A DNA stretch of 62,606 bases, taken from Acidobacteriota bacterium (lineage in GTDB: Bacteria > Acidobacteriota > Vicinamibacteria > Fen-336). The translations under genes and the position numbers were made by a program. The DNA lies in NCBI GenBank assembly GCA_003222275.1, contig QHVJ01000149.1:1-62606 (forward strand), in the 5' to 3' direction. Of the stretch, positions 1 to 8,082 are shown piece after piece (within the stretch, counting starts at the first letter, position 1; every line of letters begins with the position of its first letter). The notes beneath the pieces are model-generated. The model was not told the origin of the DNA. It did not search any database and worked only from the letters and a program-made list of their open reading frames with translations.

Positions 1-940
1 CGGCACCAGCTGTACGCTCAGCACCCCGGGGTACAACGACGGAGGCTGGCATCAGGCGGCTTTCGTCGTCGACACGGCGGGCGGCCGCTTGTACGTCGAC
101 GGGGCGCAGAAGGCCACCCGCGCCTGGACGGGTGTCCCCAGCGCTCCCTCCACCACGCAGGAGATGCGTCTCGGCGCCTACGGCTCGTACCTCTCGGCCA
201 CTCTCGACGAGCTGTTTGTCTATAACCGAGCGCTCACTGGCGCCGAGCTGCAACAACTCTATGTCGCCACCCGGCCTTCCGCGAGCGCCGGCCCGATCGC
301 GTTCTTGAACCTCGACGAAGGCGTCGGCACCACCGCCGCCGACTCGTCGGGAAACGGCAACACGGGCACCCTGATGAACGGCGCCACCTGGACGGCCGGC
401 GCCAGCGGGCAGGCCGTGGCTCTGGACGGTGTCGATGACTACGTGAGCATCCCCCACAATGCCGCCCTCAACACCTTCCCCCTCTCTGTGGCCGTGTGGT
501 TCAAGACGAGCACCAACTCCGGGGTGAGAGGGCTCGTCAACAAATACGTGGCTGGCTCCTTCAATGGTTACCAGATCTTCTTCAACAACGGCAACCTGTG
601 CGCCTGGTACATCAGGGACGGTGCCAACTACGTCTACGACGGCACCAGTTGTACCCTGAACACCAGCCCCGCGAATACCGGCGGCACCAACGACGGCAAG
701 TGGCACCACGGCGTGCTGGTGGTCGACGCGCTAGGGGGCCGGTTGTACGTGGACGGCGTCCAGAAGGCCAGCCGAGCGTGGACCGGCGTCCCCGGCTCGA
801 TCACCACCACCCAGGAGGTCCGCCTCGGTTATTACAGCTCCTACCTGGCCGCCACCGCGGATGAGCTCCGCATCTACAACCGTGCCCTCTCCGCCACCGA
901 GGTCACCCAGCTCTACGACAGCACCCGGCCCCTTCCGTGA
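1..940 (+). CDS. LamG-like jellyroll (ConA lectin/glucanase superfamily) repeat protein, 5'-truncated
   Basis: Frame is open from base 2 (GTSCTLSTPGYNDGGWHQ...). Two homologous blocks, WHQAAFVVD..GGRLYVDG...LDELFVYNRALT and WHHGVLVVD..GGRLYVDG...ADELRIYNRALS, match the LamG signature. Confidence 0.85.
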   Translation, partial: GTSCTLSTPGYNDGGWHQAAFVVDTAGGRLYVDGAQKATRAWTGVPSAPSTTQEMRLGAYGSYLSATLDELFVYNRALTGAELQQLYVATRPSASAGPIAFLNLDEGVGTTAADSSGNGNTGTLMNGATWTAGASGQAVALDGVDDYVSIPHNAALNTFPLSVAVWFKTSTNSGVRGLVNKYVAGSFNGYQIFFNNGNLCAWYIRDGANYVYDGTSCTLNTSPANTGGTNDGKWHHGVLVVDALGGRLYVDGVQKASRAWTGVPGSITTTQEVRLGYYSSYLAATADELRIYNRALSATEVTQLYDSTRPLP

Positions 941-984
941 GGCGACCGGAGCGCACGAGAAGGCCATCGCGGCCGGCGAGACAA

Positions 985-1012
985 CCCTCCGGCCTCTTTC
1001 GAGGCCGGAGGG
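985..1012. terminator. Perfect 12-bp hairpin between convergent genes, probable (bidirectional) terminator
   Basis: CCCTCCGGCCTC-TTTC-GAGGCCGGAGGG. On the minus strand the loop is GAAA (GNRA) and is followed only by a weak TTGTCT tail. Confidence 0.65.
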
Positions 1013-1043
1013 CAGGCGCGGACGGCGGGAGACGGCCGGGAGT

Positions 1044-1745
1044 CTAGACCGGCTCTTTGCTTCCGTCGCGGGGTTCGACGAGATCGTCGAAGACGGGGAG
1101 CTGCACCAGCCGGTGGGCGATCGCATACTTCACGAGGCCGGAACGGTCGTGGACGCCAAGCTTGCGCATCAGGTTGTACTTGTGGACCTCGACGGTCTTC
1201 GCGCTGCGCTCGAGCCTCGTCGCGATCTCCTTGACGGAGAGGCCGTCCGCCAGCAGCTTCAGCACCTCGCGCTCGCGGTCGGTCAGGAGGTCGTACTTGG
1301 TGCGGCCGCGCTCCAGGCGCTGCCCCTGGTCGTCGAGCACGGTCTCGACGGCGCGCGGGCTCAAGTACCGCTCGCCACGGGCCACGGCTTCGATGGCGTA
1401 GGTGAGCTGCGATACGGGAACGTCCTTCAGGACGTAGCCGCTGGCGCCGGCCTCCATGCATCGCGCGACGAGCTGCTCCTCGGCGTACATGGTCAGGATC
1501 AGGACCTTGACGTCCTTGTGGGCCTGCGTGATGCGGCGGGTGGCGTCGAACCCGTTCAGCCGCGGCATCTCGATGTCCATCAGCACCACGTCGGGCCGCA
1601 GCCGCTCGACCTCGTCGAGGGCGACCTGGCCGTCGCCGGCCTCCCCCACGACATCCACGTCGTTGCGCTCCTGAAGAACCGCCTTCATGCCGGCCCGGAA
1701 GAGGGCGTGGTCGTCACAGATGAGGAGCCGCAGCTTGCGGCTCAT
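1044..1745 (-). CDS. NarL/FixJ-family response regulator (REC + LuxR HTH)
   Basis: LLICDDHALF, PDVVLMDIEMP, LTDREREVLKLLADGLSVKEIA...KTVEVHKYNLMRKL. Confidence 0.95.
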   Translation of the reverse strand: MSRKLRLLICDDHALFRAGMKAVLQERNDVDVVGEAGDGQVALDEVERLRPDVVLMDIEMPRLNGFDATRRITQAHKDVKVLILTMYAEEQLVARCMEAGASGYVLKDVPVSQLTYAIEAVARGERYLSPRAVETVLDDQGQRLERGRTKYDLLTDREREVLKLLADGLSVKEIATRLERSAKTVEVHKYNLMRKLGVHDRSGLVKYAIAHRLVQLPVFDDLVEPRDGSKEPV

Positions 1746-2836
1746 GGCGAGTAGCCCGCGGGCAGGGGTAGGCTCACCACGATCCTCGTTCCTTGCCGCC
1801 CTTTCCCGCTGCGCGCGAGCGACGACTCCACCAGGAAGCTGCCACCGAGGGCGTCCATTCTCTCACGCATGGTGTTGAGGCCGAAGCTCAGGGCGGGCGC
1901 ACGGCGGTGGGCCTCGAAGCCGATCCCATCATCCTCGATGGACATGACCACCGACGATCCGGGCCCGGCCGCCAGCGTGACGGTGGCGTTCCCGGCCTGG
2001 GAATGCTTGAGCACATTGGCCAGCGCGCCCTGCAGCACGCGGTAGAGAGCAGTCTCGTGTGTGTGCGGCAGGCGTCCCGGCAACGCGCTGTCCCGCACGT
2101 GGACCTTGATGCGCGTGCGCGCGGAGAATTGCCGGGCATAGAGCCGAACCGCCTGTTGGAGGCCCAGCTCCTCGAGGATGGCGGGGCCGATGTCGAGGAT
2201 CACGCGCCGGACCGACTCGATCGCGTCGCCGACGAGCCCGACCGTCTCTTCCAGCTTCCGCCCGGCCTCGGTCGTCCGTCCCTTCTCGAAGTCCTGGGCC
2301 ATCTGTTCCATGTAGAGCTTCAGGACCACCAGGCTGTGCCCGATCTCGTCGTGGAGGTCGCGGGCCAGCCGGCGACGGTCCTGCTCGTCGAGCGCCCGCC
2401 ACCCCACGGCGCGCGCGTTGGCGTAGCCGGCATGGAGAAAGAGCTGCGCCACGGAGACCACCCGCGCGAGGGCCACCGCCAGCTCCGGCTCTCCGGGAGC
2501 CTCGCGCCCCAGCCGCGTCAGGCAATGCTCCAGGTAGAGGGCAAGGGCGAGCGTGGCGTGCTCCTCCGCGACACCACGATTCGCGAGCGCCTGCCCCTGG
2601 TGCTCGAGCTCGGCGGCGAAAGCCTCGAAGTCGCCGCCGCTCAGCAGCGGCTGGTACCGGTCCAGGGCGAGGCTCGTCACCGCATCGCATTCGTCGCGGC
2701 GGCGGACGAGGCGCGCGAGGCCAGCCCGCCAGCTCGATTGGACTTCGGGAAAGGCCGGCGCCAGCCGCTCGAGCGCGCGTCGCAGCGGCTCCCGGAGCTC
2801 CGAAAGCAGCTGATCGGGAGGAAACCGCCGCGTCAA
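1742..2836 (-). CDS. Cytoplasmic HisKA_3 sensor histidine kinase with an all-helical N-terminal domain
   Basis: H-box RLARDLHDEIGHSL, N-box LQGALANVLKHS, G boxes IEDDGIGF and FGLNTMRER. No TM segment. TTG start; 4-bp overlap with the regulator. Confidence 0.92.
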   Translation of the reverse strand: MTRRFPPDQLLSELREPLRRALERLAPAFPEVQSSWRAGLARLVRRRDECDAVTSLALDRYQPLLSGGDFEAFAAELEHQGQALANRGVAEEHATLALALYLEHCLTRLGREAPGEPELAVALARVVSVAQLFLHAGYANARAVGWRALDEQDRRRLARDLHDEIGHSLVVLKLYMEQMAQDFEKGRTTEAGRKLEETVGLVGDAIESVRRVILDIGPAILEELGLQQAVRLYARQFSARTRIKVHVRDSALPGRLPHTHETALYRVLQGALANVLKHSQAGNATVTLAAGPGSSVVMSIEDDGIGFEAHRRAPALSFGLNTMRERMDALGGSFLVESSLARSGKGRQGTRIVVSLPLPAGYSP

Positions 2837-3075
2837 GCGGGGTGCCTCCCGGCCGGACCGCCGTCACCGACGGACCCGCCCTGTGGCATCGCCCGACCCG
2901 TCGGACCCGGCGACATCGCTGGGGGCTCGATACCTGGCCGCCGCCGCGCCACTACAATAGACTCGCGCATGTTCTCCCGCCCGCCTACGAGAGCAGCCAG
3001 CACCTCGCCGGTGACGCCTGCGGCCCGGCGGCAGCGCGCAAATCACGGGTAACCGGAGTGTCACGCCGCCGCGGT

Positions 3076-4086
3076 ATGGAGATCGCGCTGCTTCTGGCAT
3101 CCGCCGGCGTGTCGCTGATCCTCGCGGAGGCAATGCTCCGCATCCTCGATCGGGGTCCTCTTCCCGTCAATCCCGTGCCGGGAGATTTCTGGCGCCACGA
3201 TGCCCAGCTCGGCTGGAGCAACTCCCCGGGCGCCGTCGGCGTGTTCGATCACCCGCGCTTCCGAATCAACGTCCACGCCAACTCGAAGGGCCTACGCGAC
3301 CGCGAGTACGCTTACGACCGGACTCCCGGCACGCGACGGATCCTCGTGATCGGGGACTCCTTCGTTTGGGGTTATGGCGTCGAGCAGGACGAGACTTTTC
3401 CCAAGGTCCTCGAGTCGCAGCTGCCCGGCGTCGAGGTCATCAATGCCGGGGTGGCCGGATACGGCACCGACCAGGAGCTGCTCTGGCTGCGCTCGGAAGG
3501 CGTCCGCTACCGGCCCGACCTGGTGATACTCGAGATGTGCGGCAACGACGACGACGAGAACAACAGCGACCTCGTCTACAACGTGTACCACAAGCCGCGC
3601 TTCAGGCAGACCGGGAACGGCGGCCTCTCCCTCACGGGCGTCCCCGTGCCGGAGCCCTCCCGCGCCTTGCGGCTGAAGCATTGGATCTTCACCCACTCGG
3701 CGCTGGTCTTCCAGCTCAAGTCCGGCATCATCGACCGCTTCCGGCATCCGCGAATGACGACGCGCGGAGCCGGGTTCGGGTTGACGCTGGACCTGGTCGA
3801 CGCCATCGCCCGCGTCGCGCGCGACGCCGATGCCGGGCTCGTGGTGGTGACGACCTCGCGCTACGCGCCGTCCCCGACGTTCCGCTACGACGAGCTCGTG
3901 GCCGCGCTCCGCCGGCGAGGGCTTCTGATCCTCGATATCGACCACGCCCCCGGATACGACACGGGCACGATGCTCATCGCGGGAGACGCCCATTGGAACC
4001 CGGCCGGCCACCGCTTCGTGGCCCAGCAGGTACTGGCGGCGATCGAAGACAACCACCTGCTCGACGAGCGCCGGCCCGCCGACTGA
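3076..4086 (+). CDS. Membrane-anchored SGNH/GDSL hydrolase (possible polysaccharide O-acyl esterase/transferase)
   Basis: GDSFVWG, NAGVAGYG, GNDD and DAHWN blocks; hydrophobic N-terminus. Start at ATG 3076 or GTG 3058. Confidence 0.85.
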   Translation: MEIALLLASAGVSLILAEAMLRILDRGPLPVNPVPGDFWRHDAQLGWSNSPGAVGVFDHPRFRINVHANSKGLRDREYAYDRTPGTRRILVIGDSFVWGYGVEQDETFPKVLESQLPGVEVINAGVAGYGTDQELLWLRSEGVRYRPDLVILEMCGNDDDENNSDLVYNVYHKPRFRQTGNGGLSLTGVPVPEPSRALRLKHWIFTHSALVFQLKSGIIDRFRHPRMTTRGAGFGLTLDLVDAIARVARDADAGLVVVTTSRYAPSPTFRYDELVAALRRRGLLILDIDHAPGYDTGTMLIAGDAHWNPAGHRFVAQQVLAAIEDNHLLDERRPAD

Positions 4087-4114
4087 ACGCCGGCCGGGCC
4101 GGTTCCCATCGCGA

Positions 4115-7100
4115 TCAGGGCCTGATCGGCTTCACCCCCACGCCGGCAGGGCTCCCGGTCCCCGGGTTGAAGCTGCCCAGTATGGCCCCTGACTGGAGAT
4201 CGAACTTGAAGATGTTCCCTGTGCTCGCGTTGGACCCCCAGAACGTGCCGTCTCCGACGAGATCCACGCCGCCCCAGTAGTTGTTCTCCCCGGGCGCGAA
4301 GTAGGTCTGGATCTGGTTGCCGGAGGAATCCAGCCGCACGATCACCGACGTATCGGCCACGAGGACGCCGCCGTCAGGCAGCGCCCGCATGTGGTAGGCC
4401 TCGTAGCCGGGCAACGGCTGGGTGTTGAAGAACGGAAGCTGCGTATTCGTGCACACGTTGTACCGGTAGACGTCCTTGGTGCGCGAGGTGTAGAACATCG
4501 TGCAGCCGTCGGGACCGAGATCGATGTGGTCCGTTCCCTTCGACCCTACCGCCACGTCGAACGTCGCCAGCAGGTTCCCGGCGGGGTCGAACTTCAGGAT
4601 GTCTCCCGTGCCGTCTGACTGGCCGACATAGACGTTGCCCTGGGCGTCGAAGGTCACGGATCCTGGGTTGGCGTTGTAGCCGCTTCCGAAGGCCCCCAGC
4701 AGGTTGCCGCTGGGATCGAACCGCGCGACCGTGTTGCCGGGGGGCGCGATCGTCCCGTACCAGTTGGGCGCATACAGGTTCCCGGCACTATCGAACCCCA
4801 GGCTGCTGATTTGCCCGTTGCCATAGGCCGGAAGGTTCTGTCGGAACGACCCGTCCGCGTTGTGCCACTGGACGGTGCCGCCCAGCAGCGCCACGAACAC
4901 GTCCCCAGGCCCAAACCCGTTGTTGGAGACCGTGACCGTGACGGCGGCGGAGGTGCCGGTGTTGTTGGCCGCATCACGGGCGATGGCGCTCAGCGTATGC
5001 GTGCCGGCGGTGGCGGTGCTGGTATTCCAGCTGACCGAGTACGGAGCCGTGGTGTCTTCGGCACCGAGAGACGCCCCATCGAGCTGGAACCTCACTCCCG
5101 CGACACCCACGTTGTCGGATGCGTCGGCAGTGACCGTGATCGTGCCGGTGACCGTGGCGCCGGAGGCCGGCGAGCTGAGGCTCACCGTCGGCGCCGTGGT
5201 GTCAGGCGCGCTGTTCGAGACGGTCACGGCGACGGACGCGGACGTGCTGGTATTGCCAGCGCCGTCGCGCGCGACGGCCCTCAGGCTGTGGCTGCCGTCA
5301 GCGGCCGTGGCGGTATCCCACGTGACCGAGTACGGAGCGGCCGTGTCTTCTGCGCCGAGGGCGCCGCCGTCGAGCTGGAACTGGACGCCGGCGACCCCTC
5401 CGAGGTCCGAGGCGTTGGCCGTGACGGTAATGCCGCCCGACACCGTCGCACCGGAGCTCGGGGAAGTCATCGCCACCGTCGGCGGCATGACGTCGCGAAC
5501 GGTCACGGTGACCGCAGCGGAAGTGGCGGTATTGTTGGCGGCGTCGCGGGCGATCGCCCTCAAGGTATGGGAGCCCGGGACGGCGGACGTCGTGTCCCAA
5601 CTGACCGAATACGGAGCCGTGGTGTCTTCCGCGCCCAGAGCCGCCCCATCGAGCTGGAATTGGACGCCGACGACGGCGACATCGTCCGACGCGTTGGCGG
5701 AGACTGCGACAGGGCCCGAGACCGTCGAGCCGGACGCCGGAGAAGTCATGGCCACTGTCGGCGCCGTGGTGTCGGGGGGCGCACCATTCGAGACGGTCAC
5801 GGTCACCGCGGCGGAAGCGGTGTTGTTGGCCGCATCGCGGGCGACCGCTCTCAGGGTGTGGGTGCCCGCGGCGGCGGTGGTGGTGTCCCAACCGACCGCG
5901 TAGGGGGCCGCGGTGTCTTCCGCGCCGAGAGCCGCCCCATCGAGCTGGAACTGGACGCCGACGACACCCACATTGTCCGACGCGTTGGCGGAAACCGTGA
6001 CCGAGCCGGTGACCGTTGCGCCGGAAGCCGGAGAAGTCATGGCCACCGTCGGGGCCACCGTGTCGGACACGGTGACGGTCACCGAGGTGGAGGTGCCGGT
6101 GTTGTTGGCCGCATCGCGGGCGATCGCTCTCAGGGTATGGGTGCCCGGGGCGGCGGTGGCGGTATCCCAAGTGACCGAGTACGGGGCCGTCGTGTCTTCC
6201 GCGCCCAGGCCCGCTCCATCGAGCTGGAACTGGACGCCGACGACGCCCACGTTGTCCGAAGCGTTGGCGGAAACCGTGACGGAGCCGGTGACCGTCGCGC
6301 CCGAAGCCGGCGAGGTCATGCCCACCGTCGGCGCCGCCGTGTCGGGTACGGTGACGGTCACCGAAGCGGTGCCGGTGTTGTTGGCCGCATCACGGGCGAC
6401 CGCTCTCAGGATGTGGGTGCCCGGGGCGGCGGTAGTGGTGTCCCAACTGACCGCGTACGGGGCCGTGGTGTCTTCCACGCCCAGGGCCGCCCCGTCGAGC
6501 TGGAACTGGACGCCGACGACGGCGACATTGTCCGACGCGTTGGCGGAAACCGTGACGGAGCCGGTGACCGTCGCGCCGGAGGCCGGCGAAGTCATGGTCA
6601 CCGTGGGCGCCGCCGTGTCGGGTACGGTCACGCTCACCGACGCGGAGGTCCCCGTGTTGTTGGCGGCATCGCGGGCGACCGCTCTCAGGGTGTGGGTGCC
6701 GATCGTGGCCGTGGCGGCGTTCCACGTGACCGCGTAGGGAGCCGTGGTGTCTTCCGCGCCCAGAGCGGCGCCATCGAGCTGGAACTGGACGCCGACGACG
6801 GCGACATTGTCCGACGCGTCGGCGGAAACCGTGACGGAGCCGGTGACCGTCGCGCCGGAGGCCGGCGAGGTGATGGCCACCGTCGGCGCCGCCGTGTCGG
6901 GCACGGCGACGCTCACCGACGCGGAGGTGGCGGTGTTGCTGGCCGCATCGCGGGCGATCGCTCTCAGGGTATGGGTGCCGACGGTGGCGGTGGCCGTGTT
7001 CCACGTGACCGCGTAGGGAGGCGTGGTGTCCTCCGCGCCCAGAGCCGCCCCATCGAGCTGGAACTGCACGCCGACCACACCCACGTTGTCCGACGCGTTG

Positions 7101-7816
7101 GCGGAAACCGTGACGGAGCCGGTGACCGTCGCGCCGGAGGCCGGCGACGTCATGGCCACCGTCGGCGCCGCGGTGTCGGGCACGGTGACGGTCACCGACG
7201 TCGATGTTCCGACGTTGTTGGCCGCATCGCGGGCGACTGCTCTCAAGGTATGGGTGCCGATGGTGGCGGTGGCCGCGTTCCACGTGACCGCGTAGGGAGC
7301 CGTGGTGTCCTCCGCGCCCAGAGCCGCCCCATCGAGCTGGAACTGCACGCCGACCACACCCACGTTGTCCGAAGCGTTGGCGGAAACCGTGACCGGGCCC
7401 GTGACCGTCGCGCCGGAGGTCGGCGAAGTCATGACCACCGTCGGGGGGGTCTTGTCATTGAACACCGTGACCGTAACCTCCGGGGAGGGCCACCAGACGC
7501 CCAGCACGTCCTGCGCGACGGCCCTCAAGGTATGGGTCCCGTTGCTGGCCGGCACCGTGTTCCAGGGGATCGAGTACGGAGCCCCACTGTCGGCCGCGCC
7601 GAGGTTGGCGCCGTCGAGCTGGAACTGGACACGTTGGACGGTCAGGAGACCGATGATGCTGACGCTCGCGTCGACGTGGGTCGTGCCCCCGACGGTAGAG
7701 CCGGACGTCGGGAAGGTAACGGTGACAACGAGGCTGCCGACTAGTTGGGCCAGGGCCGGAGGCGGCGAAGCCCACGTCCAAGCCAGGACCACCGCCAGGG
7801 CTGCCGAGCGAGTCAT
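4115..7816 (-). CDS. Secreted protein with 10 tandem bacterial Ig-like repeats and a C-terminal NHL/SBBP-like beta-propeller
   Basis: Signal peptide MTRSAALAVVLAWTWASPPPALAQ; ten D..PTV..TSP.SG.TV.G...VQFQLDG..LGAEDT.APY...W......GTH.L.A.ARD repeats; propeller with FDxxGN repeats. Confidence 0.9.
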   Translation of the reverse strand: MTRSAALAVVLAWTWASPPPALAQLVGSLVVTVTFPTSGSTVGGTTHVDASVSIIGLLTVQRVQFQLDGANLGAADSGAPYSIPWNTVPASNGTHTLRAVAQDVLGVWWPSPEVTVTVFNDKTPPTVVMTSPTSGATVTGPVTVSANASDNVGVVGVQFQLDGAALGAEDTTAPYAVTWNAATATIGTHTLRAVARDAANNVGTSTSVTVTVPDTAAPTVAMTSPASGATVTGSVTVSANASDNVGVVGVQFQLDGAALGAEDTTPPYAVTWNTATATVGTHTLRAIARDAASNTATSASVSVAVPDTAAPTVAITSPASGATVTGSVTVSADASDNVAVVGVQFQLDGAALGAEDTTAPYAVTWNAATATIGTHTLRAVARDAANNTGTSASVSVTVPDTAAPTVTMTSPASGATVTGSVTVSANASDNVAVVGVQFQLDGAALGVEDTTAPYAVSWDTTTAAPGTHILRAVARDAANNTGTASVTVTVPDTAAPTVGMTSPASGATVTGSVTVSANASDNVGVVGVQFQLDGAGLGAEDTTAPYSVTWDTATAAPGTHTLRAIARDAANNTGTSTSVTVTVSDTVAPTVAMTSPASGATVTGSVTVSANASDNVGVVGVQFQLDGAALGAEDTAAPYAVGWDTTTAAAGTHTLRAVARDAANNTASAAVTVTVSNGAPPDTTAPTVAMTSPASGSTVSGPVAVSANASDDVAVVGVQFQLDGAALGAEDTTAPYSVSWDTTSAVPGSHTLRAIARDAANNTATSAAVTVTVRDVMPPTVAMTSPSSGATVSGGITVTANASDLGGVAGVQFQLDGGALGAEDTAAPYSVTWDTATAADGSHSLRAVARDGAGNTSTSASVAVTVSNSAPDTTAPTVSLSSPASGATVTGTITVTADASDNVGVAGVRFQLDGASLGAEDTTAPYSVSWNTSTATAGTHTLSAIARDAANNTGTSAAVTVTVSNNGFGPGDVFVALLGGTVQWHNADGSFRQNLPAYGNGQISSLGFDSAGNLYAPNWYGTIAPPGNTVARFDPSGNLLGAFGSGYNANPGSVTFDAQGNVYVGQSDGTGDILKFDPAGNLLATFDVAVGSKGTDHIDLGPDGCTMFYTSRTKDVYRYNVCTNTQLPFFNTQPLPGYEAYHMRALPDGGVLVADTSVIVRLDSSGNQIQTYFAPGENNYWGGVDLVGDGTFWGSNASTGNIFKFDLQSGAILGSFNPGTGSPAGVGVKPIRP
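4915..7745 (-). repeat. Intragenic tandem repeat array, about 279-bp unit, 10 copies
   Basis: Recurring ccatcgagctggaactggacgccgacga-type blocks; the antisense shadow ORFs start at 6744, 7023 and 7302, exactly 279 bp apart. Confidence 0.9.
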
Positions 7817-7994
7817 TCTCGCGTGGAGTGTTTCAGTTCTCGGGTTGCTCACGCCTGGCCCCCTCATTCAAAGAAGGATCGGAATCCGAGGTCCAACGAC
7901 CATCAGGTGAACTCCTGGACTCACGAAGGGAAAATCCGCATCGGCGGCCCGCGAGCATGACGAAGACCGATGTGGCAGGCGGGTGTGGCGGTGG

Positions 7995-8051
7995 GTGCTG
8001 GCGGCGACCAAAGATCATCACCTGCTCGACGAGCGCCGGCCGGCCGATTGA
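7995..8051 (+). pseudogene. Orphan 3' fragment of the SGNH hydrolase gene (duplication remnant)
   Basis: Reads VLAATKDHHLLDERRPAD* versus VLAAIEDNHLLDERRPAD* at 4030-4086; DNA similarity continues past the stop. Confidence 0.85.
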
Positions 8052-8082
8052 ACGCCGGCCGGCCGGCTCCTAATCGCATTGA

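Noticed and set aside
2969-3052. 27-codon ORF after TACAAT (2953-2958) upstream of the SGNH gene as a leader peptide
   Set aside because: No RBS, no informative codon runs and no attenuator structure; cannot be supported.
4113-4127. GATCAGG-G-CCTGATC inverted repeat at the Ig gene 1 stop as a terminator
   Set aside because: A one-base loop is not feasible, there is no U-tract, and it is not preserved in the duplicate at 8083.
4811-7744. 977-aa plus-strand ORF and other long ORFs opposite the Ig genes
   Set aside because: Antisense shadows of a GC-rich repetitive gene; Arg/Gly-rich with no motifs.
4915-7745. Possible CRISPR array or mobile repeat
   Set aside because: Units are about 279 bp, in frame and protein-coding, with no unique spacers, cas genes or transposase.
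7955-7970. GG-N10-GC pattern upstream of Ig gene 1 as a sigma-54 promoter
   Set aside because: Spacing fits but it lacks GGCAC and TTGC; expected by chance at this GC content.
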